From NCBI GenBank assembly GCA_965221125.1, contig CBDCRW010000007.1, positions 64,001-128,000 on the forward strand: a DNA stretch of 64,000 bases, written 5' to 3'. Positions 46,950 through 56,986 of this stretch are shown in pieces. How positions within the stretch are numbered: the stretch's first letter is position 1; every line of letters begins with the position of its first letter. The DNA is from Alphaproteobacteria bacterium. GTDB lineage: Bacteria > Pseudomonadota > Alphaproteobacteria > UBA828. Under the pieces are notes generated by a model. That model saw only the letters and a program-made list of their open reading frames with translations, ran no database searches and was not told the DNA's origin. The translations under genes and the position numbers were made by a program.

Positions 46950-47156
46950 GGGCTTCGTCACGCTGCCCCTCCCTCGCGGTGCGGCGGCCATTCTAGCCGA
47001 AAGCGCCGAGGCGCGAAGCGCGGCGGAGAGCGTCCCCGTTCCCGCGCTCCCGCGCTTCGCCATCCGGCCCGCCTACAATCGAACGATACGGCCACGAAGA
47101 TCAAGGGGAACGGGCGATGGCAACGGTGACGCGCGCCCGTCAAAGCCGGTCGCGCT

Positions 47157-48515
47157 CTATCCGATCGCGCGCAGCCGTATGACGTTGTCAGCTTCCCGCG
47201 ACGGCGCGGCCGGCGGCCGGCCGACGCTCACGTAGCGAAAGCCGGCGGCGGCCGCCTGCGCCGGCTCGTAGATGTTGCGGAGGTCGACGATCAGAGGCGT
47301 CCGCATCAGGCGCTTCGCGCGGGCGAGGTCGAGCGCCCTGAACGCGCTCCACTCGGTGAGGATGACCAGCGCGTCCGCGCCCGCCATCGCGTCGTAGGGA
47401 TCGCGGCACCAGCGCACGCCGTCGAGGACGCGACGCGCCTGCTCCATGCCGGCGGGGTCGAAGGCGCGCGCCGTCGCCCCACGTTCCACGAGGCCCGGCA
47501 GGATCGCCAGGCTCGGGCTTTCGCGCACGTCGTCGGTGTCGGGCTTGAAGGTGACGCCGAGCACGGCGACGGTCTTGCCCGCGACGTTGCCGCCGCAGGC
47601 GTGGACGATCTTGTCCGTCATCTTCGCCTTGCGCAGGGTGTTGCTTCGCAGCACCGCCTCCACGATGCCGCTGGGCGCGCCGGCCTCCCTGGCGATGGGG
47701 ACGAATGCGGCGGTGTCCTTGGGGAAGCACGAGCCGCCGAAGCCGGGGCCCGCGCGCAGGAAGTCGCGCCCGATGCGGCCGTCGAGGCCGACCCCCCTGG
47801 CGACGTCCTGAACGTCGGCGCCGGTGCGCTCGCACAGGTCCGCGATCTCGTTGATGAAGGCGACCTTGGTCGCGAGGAAGCAGTTGGCCGCGTACTTGAT
47901 GAGCTCGGCGGTCTCCAACGAGGTGAACAGCAGCGGCGTGTCGCTGAGAGAGAGGGGGCTGTAGAGCGCCCGCATGACCTCTTGCGCCGCCGCCGATCCG
48001 CCGCCCACGACGACCCGGTCGGGGCGCATGAAGTCGTCGATCGCCGTGCCCTCGCGCATGAACTCCGGGTTCGAGACGACGTCGAAGGCTGTATCCGGCC
48101 GTCGCTCCCGGACGATCCGCGCGATCGCGCGCCCGGTGCCGACGGGCACCGTGGACTTGGTCGCGATCACCGTGTCGCCGTCGAGCACGTCGGCGACCTG
48201 GCGGGCGGCCTCGTGGACGAAGGAGAGGTCGGCGCGGCCGTCTTCGCGCCGGCCCGGCGTGCCGACGGCCAGCATCACCACGTCGGCCAACGGCACGGCG
48301 TCAGCGATGTCGCTGGTGAAGGCGAGGCGCCCGGCCGCGACGTTGGCGGCGACCAGCCGCTCCAGCCCCGGCTCGTGGATCGGCAGGCGGCCGGCGCGGA
48401 GCGCCGCGATCCGCTCCGGCGCGGCATCGACGCAGGTGACGCTGAGCCCGAACTCCGAGAAGCACGCGGCCGATACCAGCCCGACGTAGCCGGCGCCGAT
48501 GGTGGCCACGCGCAT
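47157..48515 (-). CDS. ugd: UDP-glucose 6-dehydrogenase
   Basis: GAGYVG, KSTVPVGT, SNPEF, GFGGSCFPKD, FKPDTDDVRES. Confidence 0.92.
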   Translation of the reverse strand: MRVATIGAGYVGLVSAACFSEFGLSVTCVDAAPERIAALRAGRLPIHEPGLERLVAANVAAGRLAFTSDIADAVPLADVVMLAVGTPGRREDGRADLSFVHEAARQVADVLDGDTVIATKSTVPVGTGRAIARIVRERRPDTAFDVVSNPEFMREGTAIDDFMRPDRVVVGGGSAAAQEVMRALYSPLSLSDTPLLFTSLETAELIKYAANCFLATKVAFINEIADLCERTGADVQDVARGVGLDGRIGRDFLRAGPGFGGSCFPKDTAAFVPIAREAGAPSGIVEAVLRSNTLRKAKMTDKIVHACGGNVAGKTVAVLGVTFKPDTDDVRESPSLAILPGLVERGATARAFDPAGMEQARRVLDGVRWCRDPYDAMAGADALVILTEWSAFRALDLARAKRLMRTPLIVDLRNIYEPAQAAAAGFRYVSVGRPPAAPSREADNVIRLRAIG

Positions 48516-48905
48516 GGCGGGCCGCAGCGGCCGGCGGCCTGCAGGGCGGGCCGTCTGCGTGACGAGGGTGAGGTGGCCTTGAGATCGTGCTCGCATCGAT
48601 TTCGTCATGCCCTGGCCGGACTCGTAATTTTTTCGTTTCTCTGGACTTATATCCGATACCATTTCAGCATATCATGGGTTACGCAATCACGAAACGTCAG
48701 CGCATTAGAATTAATTTTCTTCGCATTACGCCTGTCCATGGGAGAACGTTGCAATGTCGGACAATTTCGTATTTTGGACCCTATTCGTTCCATAATATAG
48801 AGATTATGAAAGTGACAAATGACGTATTTCTAGAGATCATTTATCTGGAAGCGTGCAGGTGGATAACTTCCGATATCGGCCTCCGGCAGCGGTGCTGAGG
48901 CAGGC

Positions 48906-49859
48906 ATGCCAACCGGGGCTGCCAAGCCATCGATAAGCGTTATCGTGCCGGTCTACAATGCGGCCGGCTGCCTTCATCGGTCGCTGCGGTCGGTGCTGAG
49001 GCAGACGCTGCCTGACTTCGAGCTCATCGCGGTGGACGACTGCTCCACGGACGAGAGCGCCGAGATTCTGCGGGGTTACAGGGCGCTCGACGACCGGGTC
49101 AGGGTCTTCTCGACGGTGAGGAACGGTGGCCCAGGGGCGGCGCGCAACGTCGGCCTCGGCCATGCGAGAGGTCGCTACATCGCCTTCCTGGATTCGGACG
49201 ACTTCTGGATGAGAAACAAGCTGGAGCGGCAGGTCCGAAGTTTCGACGACGACGATGTCATCGTGTCCTGCACATCGACCGTCGTGCTGAGTTGCGAAGG
49301 CAGCATACTGGGACTGATAAAGGCGCGACCGAAGGTGACGCTGAAGGACATGATGGTCGCCAACAGGGTCTCCTTGAGCAGCACCATGTTCCGAAGAGAG
49401 CTGAATGGTGCGGAAAGGATGCCGGAGTTACGGAGCCGGCAGGACTACGCGTACTGGATCGCGCTTCTGAAGAATAACCGGGGTCATGTCGCGGGAATAC
49501 CGGACGCACTGGTCGGGTATGTGAGGACGCCGGGCTCGGTCTCCTCGAATGCGTGGCGGAACGTCGCAGACACCTTCCGGATGTTCGTGTCGGAAGCCGG
49601 CATGAGCCCGCCCCGGGCCGCCGCGGCGCTCGCCATGCTCTCGTGCCTCAAGATGCGGAAGGAGGCATGGGCGCGGCTCGCGTGGGCCTGCCTGCCCGAG
49701 GGCGAGAGGCGGCGGCTGCGGGCGGACGTCGAAGCCTGCTGGAACGACGGCGGGGACGCCCGGCCGCCTGGATCGGACGGCCCTCTCCCCGCGCCGGAGC
49801 CGTTTTCGGCCGCCCTTGCGCCCGCTGCCCGCCGGTTGCGAGGATACGCGCGGCCTTGA
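48906..49859 (+). CDS. Glycosyltransferase family 2
   Basis: SVIVPVYN, VDDCSTD, ARNVG, FLDSDD. Confidence 0.9.
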   Translation: MPTGAAKPSISVIVPVYNAAGCLHRSLRSVLRQTLPDFELIAVDDCSTDESAEILRGYRALDDRVRVFSTVRNGGPGAARNVGLGHARGRYIAFLDSDDFWMRNKLERQVRSFDDDDVIVSCTSTVVLSCEGSILGLIKARPKVTLKDMMVANRVSLSSTMFRRELNGAERMPELRSRQDYAYWIALLKNNRGHVAGIPDALVGYVRTPGSVSSNAWRNVADTFRMFVSEAGMSPPRAAAALAMLSCLKMRKEAWARLAWACLPEGERRRLRADVEACWNDGGDARPPGSDGPLPAPEPFSAALAPAARRLRGYARP

Positions 49860-49880
49860 GGCGACGGCGGCGGGGGGCGG

Positions 49881-51947
49881 GTGAGCCAGTACCAGGTCTC
49901 GATCGACATCGGCGGGACCTTCACCGACTGCGTGGTCTCGGACGGGGCGAGGCTCGCGGTGGTCAAGGCGCCGTCGACGCCGCCCGCGTTCGAACGGGGT
50001 TTCCTGGACGCGCTCGAACTCGCCGCCCGCGCCTTCGGTTGCGATCTCGCGGACTTCCTCGCCCGCGCGCAGCGCATCGTGCACGGCACCACGGTCGCCA
50101 CCAACGCGCTGGTCGAGGGGCGGACCGGCGCGGTCGGGCTGATCTGCACCGCCGGCCACCCGGACGTGCTGACGCTGCGCGAGGCGCCCCGCAAGCGCGC
50201 CTTCGACTGGCGCCTGGACTATCCCCGGCCCTTCGTGCCGCGCGACCGCACTTACGAGGTGCGGGGCCGCATCGACGCGCGGGGCAACGAGATCGCGCCG
50301 CTCGCCGAAGAGGACGTGCGGGCGGCCGTGGATCACTTCAGGCGCTGCCCGGTGGACGCCATCGCCGTCAGCCTGCTCTGGTCGGTGGCCAATCCTGCGC
50401 ACGAGCGCCGCGTGGGCGAGATCGTGCGCGCGCTCTGGCCGGCGGTGCCGGTCACGCTCAGCCACGCGCTCAACCCGATCCCCCGAGAATACCGCCGCAC
50501 CATCGCCACCGCCATCGACGCCTCGCTGCACGGCATCGTGCCCGCCTACCTCGGCCGGCTGGAGAGTGCCGTCCGCGACGCGGGATTCTCGGGCACCCTC
50601 CTCGTCGCCAACTGCCAGGGCGGCATGATGACCGTGGGCGAGATCGCCGCGCAGCCGATCCACGCGGTGATGAGCGGGCCGACGCTCGCCCCCATCGCCG
50701 CGCTCGCGCTCTCGGACGAGCCCGACATCGTCGTCATCGACATGGGGGGCACCACCTTCGACGTCTCGGCGATCCGCGCGCGCAGCCTGATCCGCACCAC
50801 CGAGGCGCCGATCGCGGGCGACCTGCTGGGCCTGCCGAAGATCGACGTGCGCTCGGTGGGCGCCGGCGGCGGCAGCATCGCCTGGGTCGATTCGGGCGGC
50901 CTGCTGCGGGTGGGCCCGGTGAGCGCCGGCGCCGATCCGGGGCCCGCGGCCTACGGGCGGGGCGGCACGCGGCCCACGGTGACCGACGCCAACCTGGTGC
51001 TCGGGCTGCTCGACCCCGACTACTTCCTGGGCGGCCGGCTCACGCTTGACAGGGAGGCCGCAGAGCGCGCGGTGGGCACGGTGGCGGACGCGCTCGGGCT
51101 GGCGCTGGCGGAGGCGGCCTACGCGATCCACGTCACCAGCAACGAGAACATGATCGCGGCGATCGAGGACATCACCGTCAACGAGGGCATCGACCCGCGC
51201 GAGAGTTTTCTGGTCGCCGGCGGAGGCGCCACCGCCTGCCATATCGGCGAGATGGCGCGCGCGCTCGGCATCGAGCGCTTCATGGTGCCGGGCGTGGCGG
51301 CGGGGCTCAGCGCCTTCGGCGGGCTGGTGACGGACATCCGGGGCGAGGAGACGGCGACGCTCCACACCAGCGACCGCCACTTCGCGCTGGCTGCCGTCAA
51401 CGAGACCCTGGCGGCGCTGCAGGCGCGGGCACGGCGCTTCCTCGAGCGCGCGGGCGTGCCGGAGGCGGAGCGCCGCTACGAATACGCCTTCCAGGCCCGC
51501 TACAAGTACCAGTCCTGGGAGATCGAGGCGCCCTTCCAGCCGGCTGCGGGCGGGCTCGGCGCGGGCGACGTGCCGGCGCTCGCGGCCGCGTTCCACGACA
51601 TGCACGAGCGCATCCACACCATCCGCGAGGACCACGGCGAGGTCGAGTTCACAACGTGGACCGTGCGCGCCATCGGCACGGGCAAAGGCGCTGCCGGGGC
51701 GGCCCCGGCCGGCGCGGGTGACGGCGGGGCTCTGCCCGAGCGGGGCCGGCGCAAGGTCTATCTCGGCGAGGAACGGGCCTTCCGCACGTTGCCCGCTTAC
51801 GACGGCAACGCGCCGGGCGCGGGCGCGGAGGTCGCGGGCCCGGCGCTGATCGACAGCGCCACGACGACGATCCTGCTGCTCGCCGGCCAGCGGGCGCGCG
51901 CGGACGCGCACGGCAACTTCCACATCGCGCCTGCGGGCAGTCGCTGA
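49881..51947 (+). CDS. Hydantoinase/oxoprolinase subunit A
   Basis: DIGGTFTD, HGTTVATN, DMGGTTFD, GAGGGSI, TVTDANL. Confidence 0.92.
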   Translation: MSQYQVSIDIGGTFTDCVVSDGARLAVVKAPSTPPAFERGFLDALELAARAFGCDLADFLARAQRIVHGTTVATNALVEGRTGAVGLICTAGHPDVLTLREAPRKRAFDWRLDYPRPFVPRDRTYEVRGRIDARGNEIAPLAEEDVRAAVDHFRRCPVDAIAVSLLWSVANPAHERRVGEIVRALWPAVPVTLSHALNPIPREYRRTIATAIDASLHGIVPAYLGRLESAVRDAGFSGTLLVANCQGGMMTVGEIAAQPIHAVMSGPTLAPIAALALSDEPDIVVIDMGGTTFDVSAIRARSLIRTTEAPIAGDLLGLPKIDVRSVGAGGGSIAWVDSGGLLRVGPVSAGADPGPAAYGRGGTRPTVTDANLVLGLLDPDYFLGGRLTLDREAAERAVGTVADALGLALAEAAYAIHVTSNENMIAAIEDITVNEGIDPRESFLVAGGGATACHIGEMARALGIERFMVPGVAAGLSAFGGLVTDIRGEETATLHTSDRHFALAAVNETLAALQARARRFLERAGVPEAERRYEYAFQARYKYQSWEIEAPFQPAAGGLGAGDVPALAAAFHDMHERIHTIREDHGEVEFTTWTVRAIGTGKGAAGAAPAGAGDGGALPERGRRKVYLGEERAFRTLPAYDGNAPGAGAEVAGPALIDSATTTILLLAGQRARADAHGNFHIAPAGSR

Positions 51948-51957
51948 GGGCGGTGGC

Positions 51958-53742
51958 ATGGCAGAGACGGACACGCGCTTCGACCCGCTGCTGATGGCGG
52001 TGCTCTCCCGCCGGCTGGAGGCGATCATCCGCGAGATGAGCAACACGGTGATGCGGGCCTCGCGCTCGGCCGTCATCACCAACGCGCGCGACATGTCCTG
52101 CGGCATCCTCACCTACGACCACCGGCTCATCTGCGTCGAGGAGGCGATGCCGATCCACGTGAGCGCGCTGGAACTCACGACCCGGCCGATCACGGAGCTC
52201 TTCGACGACGTGAAGGAGGGCGACGCCTTCTTCAACAACAGCCCGTATCACGGGGTCACGCACCACGCGGACATGACGCTCTGCGTGCCGGTGTTCGCGG
52301 ACGGCGAGCCGCTGTTCTGGGTGCTGTCGCGCTCGCACCACGCCGACGTGGGCGCGCCGGAGCCCACCACCTACCTGCCCTACGCCGCGACGCTCTACCA
52401 GGAGGGCGTGCACTTCCCCTGCGTGCGCATCCAGGAGGGGCGCGAGGACAAGGCGGACATCGTGCGCATCGGCCTGCAGAAGATCCGCGCGCCCCACGTC
52501 TGGTACGGCGACTACCGCGCGCAAGTCGGCGCCTGCCGCATCGGCGAGCGCAGGCTGAAGGCGCTGGTGGCGCACTACGGCATCGAGACCGTGCGCGCCT
52601 TCGTCGAGGCCTGGATGGACTATGGCGCGAGGCGGGCGGCGGCGGCGATCCGCGAACTCCCCGCCGGCACCTGGCGCTACACCTGCAGCCACGACCCGAT
52701 CCCCGGCGTCGCGGAAGACGGCATCCCGATCACGGCCGCCGTCACCATCGAGCCGGAGGAGGGCGTCATCACCGTGGACCTCCGCGACAACCCGGACTGC
52801 GTGCCGGGCGGGGTGAATCTCTCCGAAGCCTGCGCCGCGGGCTCGTGCCGCATCGGCGTCTTCTACAACCTCGACCCCACGATCCCGCACAACGAGGGCA
52901 GCGCGAGCCGCATCAGGGTGAAGCTCCGGGACGGCTGCGTGGTGGGCCGGCCGACCTTCCCCGCCGGCACCTCGGTCGCCACCACCAACGTCAACGACCG
53001 CCTCATCAACGCCGTGCAGTGCTGCTTCGCGCAGATCGGCGCGCCGCACGGGCTCGCGGAAGGCGGCGGCAACTTCTCCGCCGGGCTCGGCGTGGTCTCC
53101 GGCATCGACGACCGCGACGGCGAGCCGGTGCCTTACGTGAACCAGTTCTGCGTCGGCCTCTCCGGCGGCCCCGGCACTCACGGTCACGACGGCTGGCTCA
53201 CCTACGAGGCGCCGGACGGCGGCGGCGTGCTGGTGATCGATTCGATCGAGATCGACGAGGCGCAGTACCCGATCCTGATGGAGGAGCGCCGCATCGCCTG
53301 CGACACCATGGGCGCAGGGCGCTGGAACGGCGCGCCGGCGACGCAGGGCGCCTACCGCTCGCTGTCCGGCCCGGTCTCGGTCTTCTACTGCAGTGACGGC
53401 GACCTCAACCCGGCGCAGGGCGTGCTGGGCGGCAGCGCGGGCGCGCCCTCGCTCAACCGCAAGCGGGCGGCGGATGGCGCGTTCGCGACGCTCCCCTCCT
53501 TCCACGAGGAGCGGCTCGGGCCCGGCGAGGCGATCCACTACCGCACGGTGGCGGGCGGCGGCTACGGCGACCCTTACGCGAGGGAGCCGGCCCTGGTGGC
53601 GGACGACGTGGCGCGCGGCTGGCTCAGCGCGGAGCGCGCGCTCAGCCTCTACAAGGTGGCGCTGGTGCGCGCCGCCAACGGCATCGACGTGCGCGTGGAC
53701 GGGGAGCGCACCCGCCTGCTCCGCGCCTGGGCCGGGGCGTAG
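51958..53742 (+). CDS. Hydantoinase B/oxoprolinase subunit B
   Basis: EMSNTVMRASRS, PYHGVTHHAD, HHADVG, GGGYGDP. Confidence 0.92.
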   Translation: MAETDTRFDPLLMAVLSRRLEAIIREMSNTVMRASRSAVITNARDMSCGILTYDHRLICVEEAMPIHVSALELTTRPITELFDDVKEGDAFFNNSPYHGVTHHADMTLCVPVFADGEPLFWVLSRSHHADVGAPEPTTYLPYAATLYQEGVHFPCVRIQEGREDKADIVRIGLQKIRAPHVWYGDYRAQVGACRIGERRLKALVAHYGIETVRAFVEAWMDYGARRAAAAIRELPAGTWRYTCSHDPIPGVAEDGIPITAAVTIEPEEGVITVDLRDNPDCVPGGVNLSEACAAGSCRIGVFYNLDPTIPHNEGSASRIRVKLRDGCVVGRPTFPAGTSVATTNVNDRLINAVQCCFAQIGAPHGLAEGGGNFSAGLGVVSGIDDRDGEPVPYVNQFCVGLSGGPGTHGHDGWLTYEAPDGGGVLVIDSIEIDEAQYPILMEERRIACDTMGAGRWNGAPATQGAYRSLSGPVSVFYCSDGDLNPAQGVLGGSAGAPSLNRKRAADGAFATLPSFHEERLGPGEAIHYRTVAGGGYGDPYAREPALVADDVARGWLSAERALSLYKVALVRAANGIDVRVDGERTRLLRAWAGA

Positions 53743-53808
53743 CCGGGGGCTTGGCCGGGATCGCTTGCCTGGCGCCCGCAACGCCGCCACCATTGGTCGG
53801 ATGACGGT

Positions 53809-53920
53809 CCCCACCTCCCCCTGGCCCCCTCCCCCCGGAGGGCGGAGGGGGAACGCAGCCGCGCCGGTCAGCGCCCCCTCTCCTCCCTGGGGAGGAGAGG
53901 GACGGGGTGAGGAGGGGGCT
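53809..53920. repeat. Pair of REP-like GC palindromes
   Basis: cccacctccccctggccccctcccccggagggcggaggggg and ccccctctcctccctggggaggagaggg; related to 21356-21400. Confidence 0.7.
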
Positions 53921-53955
53921 GGCGACGTACCGGCGCGCGGGAAGAGGAGAGAGCG

Positions 53956-54729
53956 ATGAGCACGTCGACGGCAAGGGCAGACACCATCCAGCTCGTGCCG
54001 AGCGAGGCCGAGCTTCGCGTGCAGCTCGCCGCCGCCTACCGGCTGGTCGAGCACTTCGGCTGGAACGAGTCGATCTACGGCCACCTCACCGTGCGCGTGC
54101 CGGGGCCGGAGCGGCACTTCCTCATCAACCCCTACGGGCTCCGCTACGGCGAGGTGACGGCGTCTAACCTGGTGAAGATCACGCTGGCGGGCGAGATCGT
54201 GGGCGAGAGCGCGTGGCCGGTGAACGCCGCCGGCTACGCCATCCACGGCGCGATCCACGCGGCAGCGCCAGAGGCGCACTGCGTCATGCACACGCACTCG
54301 CCGGCGGGCATGGCGGTGGCGGCGCTGGAATGCGGGCTGCTGCCGATCAGCCTGGATGCGACGCTTTTCCACGGCACCGTCGGCTATCACGAGTACGAAG
54401 GCGCGATCGTGAGCGAGGACGAGAAGGCGCGGCTGGTGCGCGACCTCGGCCGCAACCGCGCGCTCATCCTGCGCAACCACGGGCTGGTGACCGTGGGGCG
54501 CACGATCGCGGAAGCCTTCCTCTACCTGCACCGGCTGGAGACCGCGTGCAGGACGCAGGTGGACGCGCTCGCGATGAACAGCGCGCTGAGCTACGTGGCC
54601 GACGAGATCAGCGCACAATCCGCCCGCCAGATCGACGATTTCTCCACCCACGTGAGCGACATCGGCGCGCTGGAGTTCGCGGCCTTCATGCGGATGCTGG
54701 ATGAAAGGGGGGCGGGGTATAGGGGGTAG
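53956..54729 (+). CDS. Class II aldolase/adducin-family protein
   Basis: LAAAYRL, HFLINP, HTHS, LRNHG. Confidence 0.9.
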   Translation: MSTSTARADTIQLVPSEAELRVQLAAAYRLVEHFGWNESIYGHLTVRVPGPERHFLINPYGLRYGEVTASNLVKITLAGEIVGESAWPVNAAGYAIHGAIHAAAPEAHCVMHTHSPAGMAVAALECGLLPISLDATLFHGTVGYHEYEGAIVSEDEKARLVRDLGRNRALILRNHGLVTVGRTIAEAFLYLHRLETACRTQVDALAMNSALSYVADEISAQSARQIDDFSTHVSDIGALEFAAFMRMLDERGAGYRG

Positions 54730-54762
54730 GGCACTCGCCAATGTTTACATTTATCGTGTACC

Positions 54763-56337
54763 CTAACGTGTGGCGTTCTTGGCCCACTTACAAAGTGATG
54801 CCTCCAATGGTCGACGAAAGTTTCTTCTCTGCAAAAAGTATTTTCTTTCGTCTGCTGGGAACTGTGAACAACACAGCAAGAACGCGCGCTGCTGCCAAAT
54901 ATCCATGGCATCGAACGCCTCTTTATGCTCTCGGACCCAATCGACTACGTTATTCCTATAAGCAGCGAGAAGTATTTCGCGGCGTGCGTTCGGATCACTT
55001 GAGTTGTAGCGCGAAGCCAGTGATGGAAAGTGGTTTAGATACGAATTTCTACCAAACAGACTTAGAATTGAAAGCCTGAAGAATTCATTTTCCTTCACCG
55101 CCGAGCTTTCTAACAGGCGCAAGAGATCACTTCCTATGTCCTTCCAATCTTGTGGTTCAATATTTTGCACCGATGCCAGATACGAACAAATGTTCGCGAA
55201 GCATGGACCGAGTCTATCTATCATCTTTAGGGAGACACGCACCGCTCCGGGATGACCAATTTGTGCAAGCCTGCGATAAAACCACCGAAGCCTGATGTAA
55301 TCCGGACTAGACTTTCCAACATATTCCCTGATTATTGAGGAGATCTTATGTTCAGTTAATGCCTCCCAGTCATCCGAGTCCACTTGCTCATAGGAAATAA
55401 ATGCATATGGATTTCCCTTCGAGTACTTTCGCACAATACTAAGCATTTCCTTTTCATCGTCGTTGATTGGCCTATCCTCAACCATTTGACTGCAGAGACT
55501 GCGAAATTTAGCGGGTGTTAGGAACTGTGTCTTGTGTCGTTGCAGTGTCAGTCGCTGCTGTTTGTCCAATATCGAGGCGATTCTTCCTAAAGCCGAGTGT
55601 GCCTTCTTTTTGTTACGGCAAAATATAAGAATATCGTCCGCAAATCGTAGAAAATTCAGTCCTTCGGCTGCAAGTGCGTTGTCAAGAGGTATGAGTGTTG
55701 CCTCCGCAATAAGGTGAATGGAATGAGGGCCAATAGGTACCCCTCTGGAAACTCCTTCGGTAGTAGATTCAAGTAAACCAATGATCCACTTAGTTGCTTG
55801 GTTTGGAAAAGAAGAGTGGATCAATTGATTCTCGACGGTATGGTGATATATTTGGTTGTAGAAGTCAGCAATATCGCAGTAGAGAATGGTCCCTGATTTG
55901 AAGGAAAGATTGTGTGCCTTTTCCCAAAACTCATTCCAAGCAGATTGACTTGAATATAAGCCGTGTTCGTCGCTAGGACGAAATCTGTAACTGAATACAA
56001 TGTCGGTGGATTGCCTACGATCTTCGATACCTTGACCAAACTGGTGCAATAGTGCGGTCAGAATGATAGAGTCTTGGGGATCTAACTGTGTTGCTAAGCG
56101 ATAGGAAATTTCATCCTTGGGGACAATGAAGCGCCTGGACGCACCAGGGGTAAGAGTGTCTAGAGGTACTCTTGACAGCGACTTGATTAAAAGTTCTCTT
56201 TCATCCTGGAATGGTTGCAGTTCTAAAAGTTTGGGGAATATGTCACCGTCAGAGTGTCTAGTAATGGATTTGATGGCCCACTCGAGTGAAGTAGAATGCA
56301 AGGTTAAGTGGGAGGCGGGTTGTCGCTTCTTTGACAT
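54763..56337 (-). CDS. Stand-alone reverse transcriptase (UG/Abi/DRT-like) with helical C-terminal domain
   Basis: DIADFYNQIYHH, GVPIGP..HLIAE, RFADD; markedly AT-rich compared with its flanks. Confidence 0.88.
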   Translation of the reverse strand: MSKKRQPASHLTLHSTSLEWAIKSITRHSDGDIFPKLLELQPFQDERELLIKSLSRVPLDTLTPGASRRFIVPKDEISYRLATQLDPQDSIILTALLHQFGQGIEDRRQSTDIVFSYRFRPSDEHGLYSSQSAWNEFWEKAHNLSFKSGTILYCDIADFYNQIYHHTVENQLIHSSFPNQATKWIIGLLESTTEGVSRGVPIGPHSIHLIAEATLIPLDNALAAEGLNFLRFADDILIFCRNKKKAHSALGRIASILDKQQRLTLQRHKTQFLTPAKFRSLCSQMVEDRPINDDEKEMLSIVRKYSKGNPYAFISYEQVDSDDWEALTEHKISSIIREYVGKSSPDYIRLRWFYRRLAQIGHPGAVRVSLKMIDRLGPCFANICSYLASVQNIEPQDWKDIGSDLLRLLESSAVKENEFFRLSILSLFGRNSYLNHFPSLASRYNSSDPNARREILLAAYRNNVVDWVREHKEAFDAMDIWQQRAFLLCCSQFPADERKYFLQRRNFRRPLEASLCKWAKNATR

Positions 56338-56444
56338 GTTTGGTTACGCTAGCCGTTGGGAGGCAACTTGGCTCAGTATGGCAGAAGCATGTGGATAGGG
56401 TAAACGGGCTGGGGTGGTGTGTCGTTTGCCTGGCGCACGTGTAT

Positions 56445-56860
56445 CCGCACCATGGTGCGGTGCAAGGCGGGGGCGGGGCGGGGCAGTCTCGGCGGATGCG
56501 GTGTGTGGACGATTGCCCCGGAGAGATCGGCGGGCGGGAGCATTCGCGGCGGGCCGGCTGCTGGCGGGCCGCTCGCCGGTCGAGCGCGTGGCGGCGAAGG
56601 CGGGGCATGCGGAGGACGAGTGAGGCCGGCGGCACCCTCGGCACGGGGGGGCCCTCGGCGCGATGGCGGCCCTGGGCGCCGCGCCGCCGGCTCGTCGCCG
56701 GGCGCTCGTCCATCGGGCTCCCGCCGCCGCCGGGACGGGCCGGCTTGGGCCACCATGAGCCGCCTTGGACCACTTTGGGCCACTTTGGGCCGCTCGTTTC
56801 GGACCACCTCGGGCCACTTTGGACCACTTTGGACCGGAATAGACCGGAATGGACCGCTTT
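56445..56860 (-). repeat. Diverged third member of the dispersed element: palindrome CCGCACCATGGTGCGG plus a GGACCACTTT 10-bp array (56767-56860)
   Basis: End motif similar to copies 1 and 2 in reverse orientation; different 10-bp unit. Confidence 0.65.
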
Positions 56861-56986
56861 AAGGCCAATTCGTGCAAAACGGCAACGCTTCAGCCATTTC
56901 TCGCTCGCGGCGGGCCGCTGTCGCGGCCTGTCGCGCGCTTTCGATTCCGCGCACCCGTGGGCGCGACCGTGCATGCCGGACGCGCT

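Noticed and set aside
54763-56337. RT as a retron, group II intron or DGR, or as the source of the 15-bp repeats
   Set aside because: No msr/msd inverted repeats, intron domain V, TR/VR pair or accessory gene seen, and no copy of the 15-bp unit near the RT.
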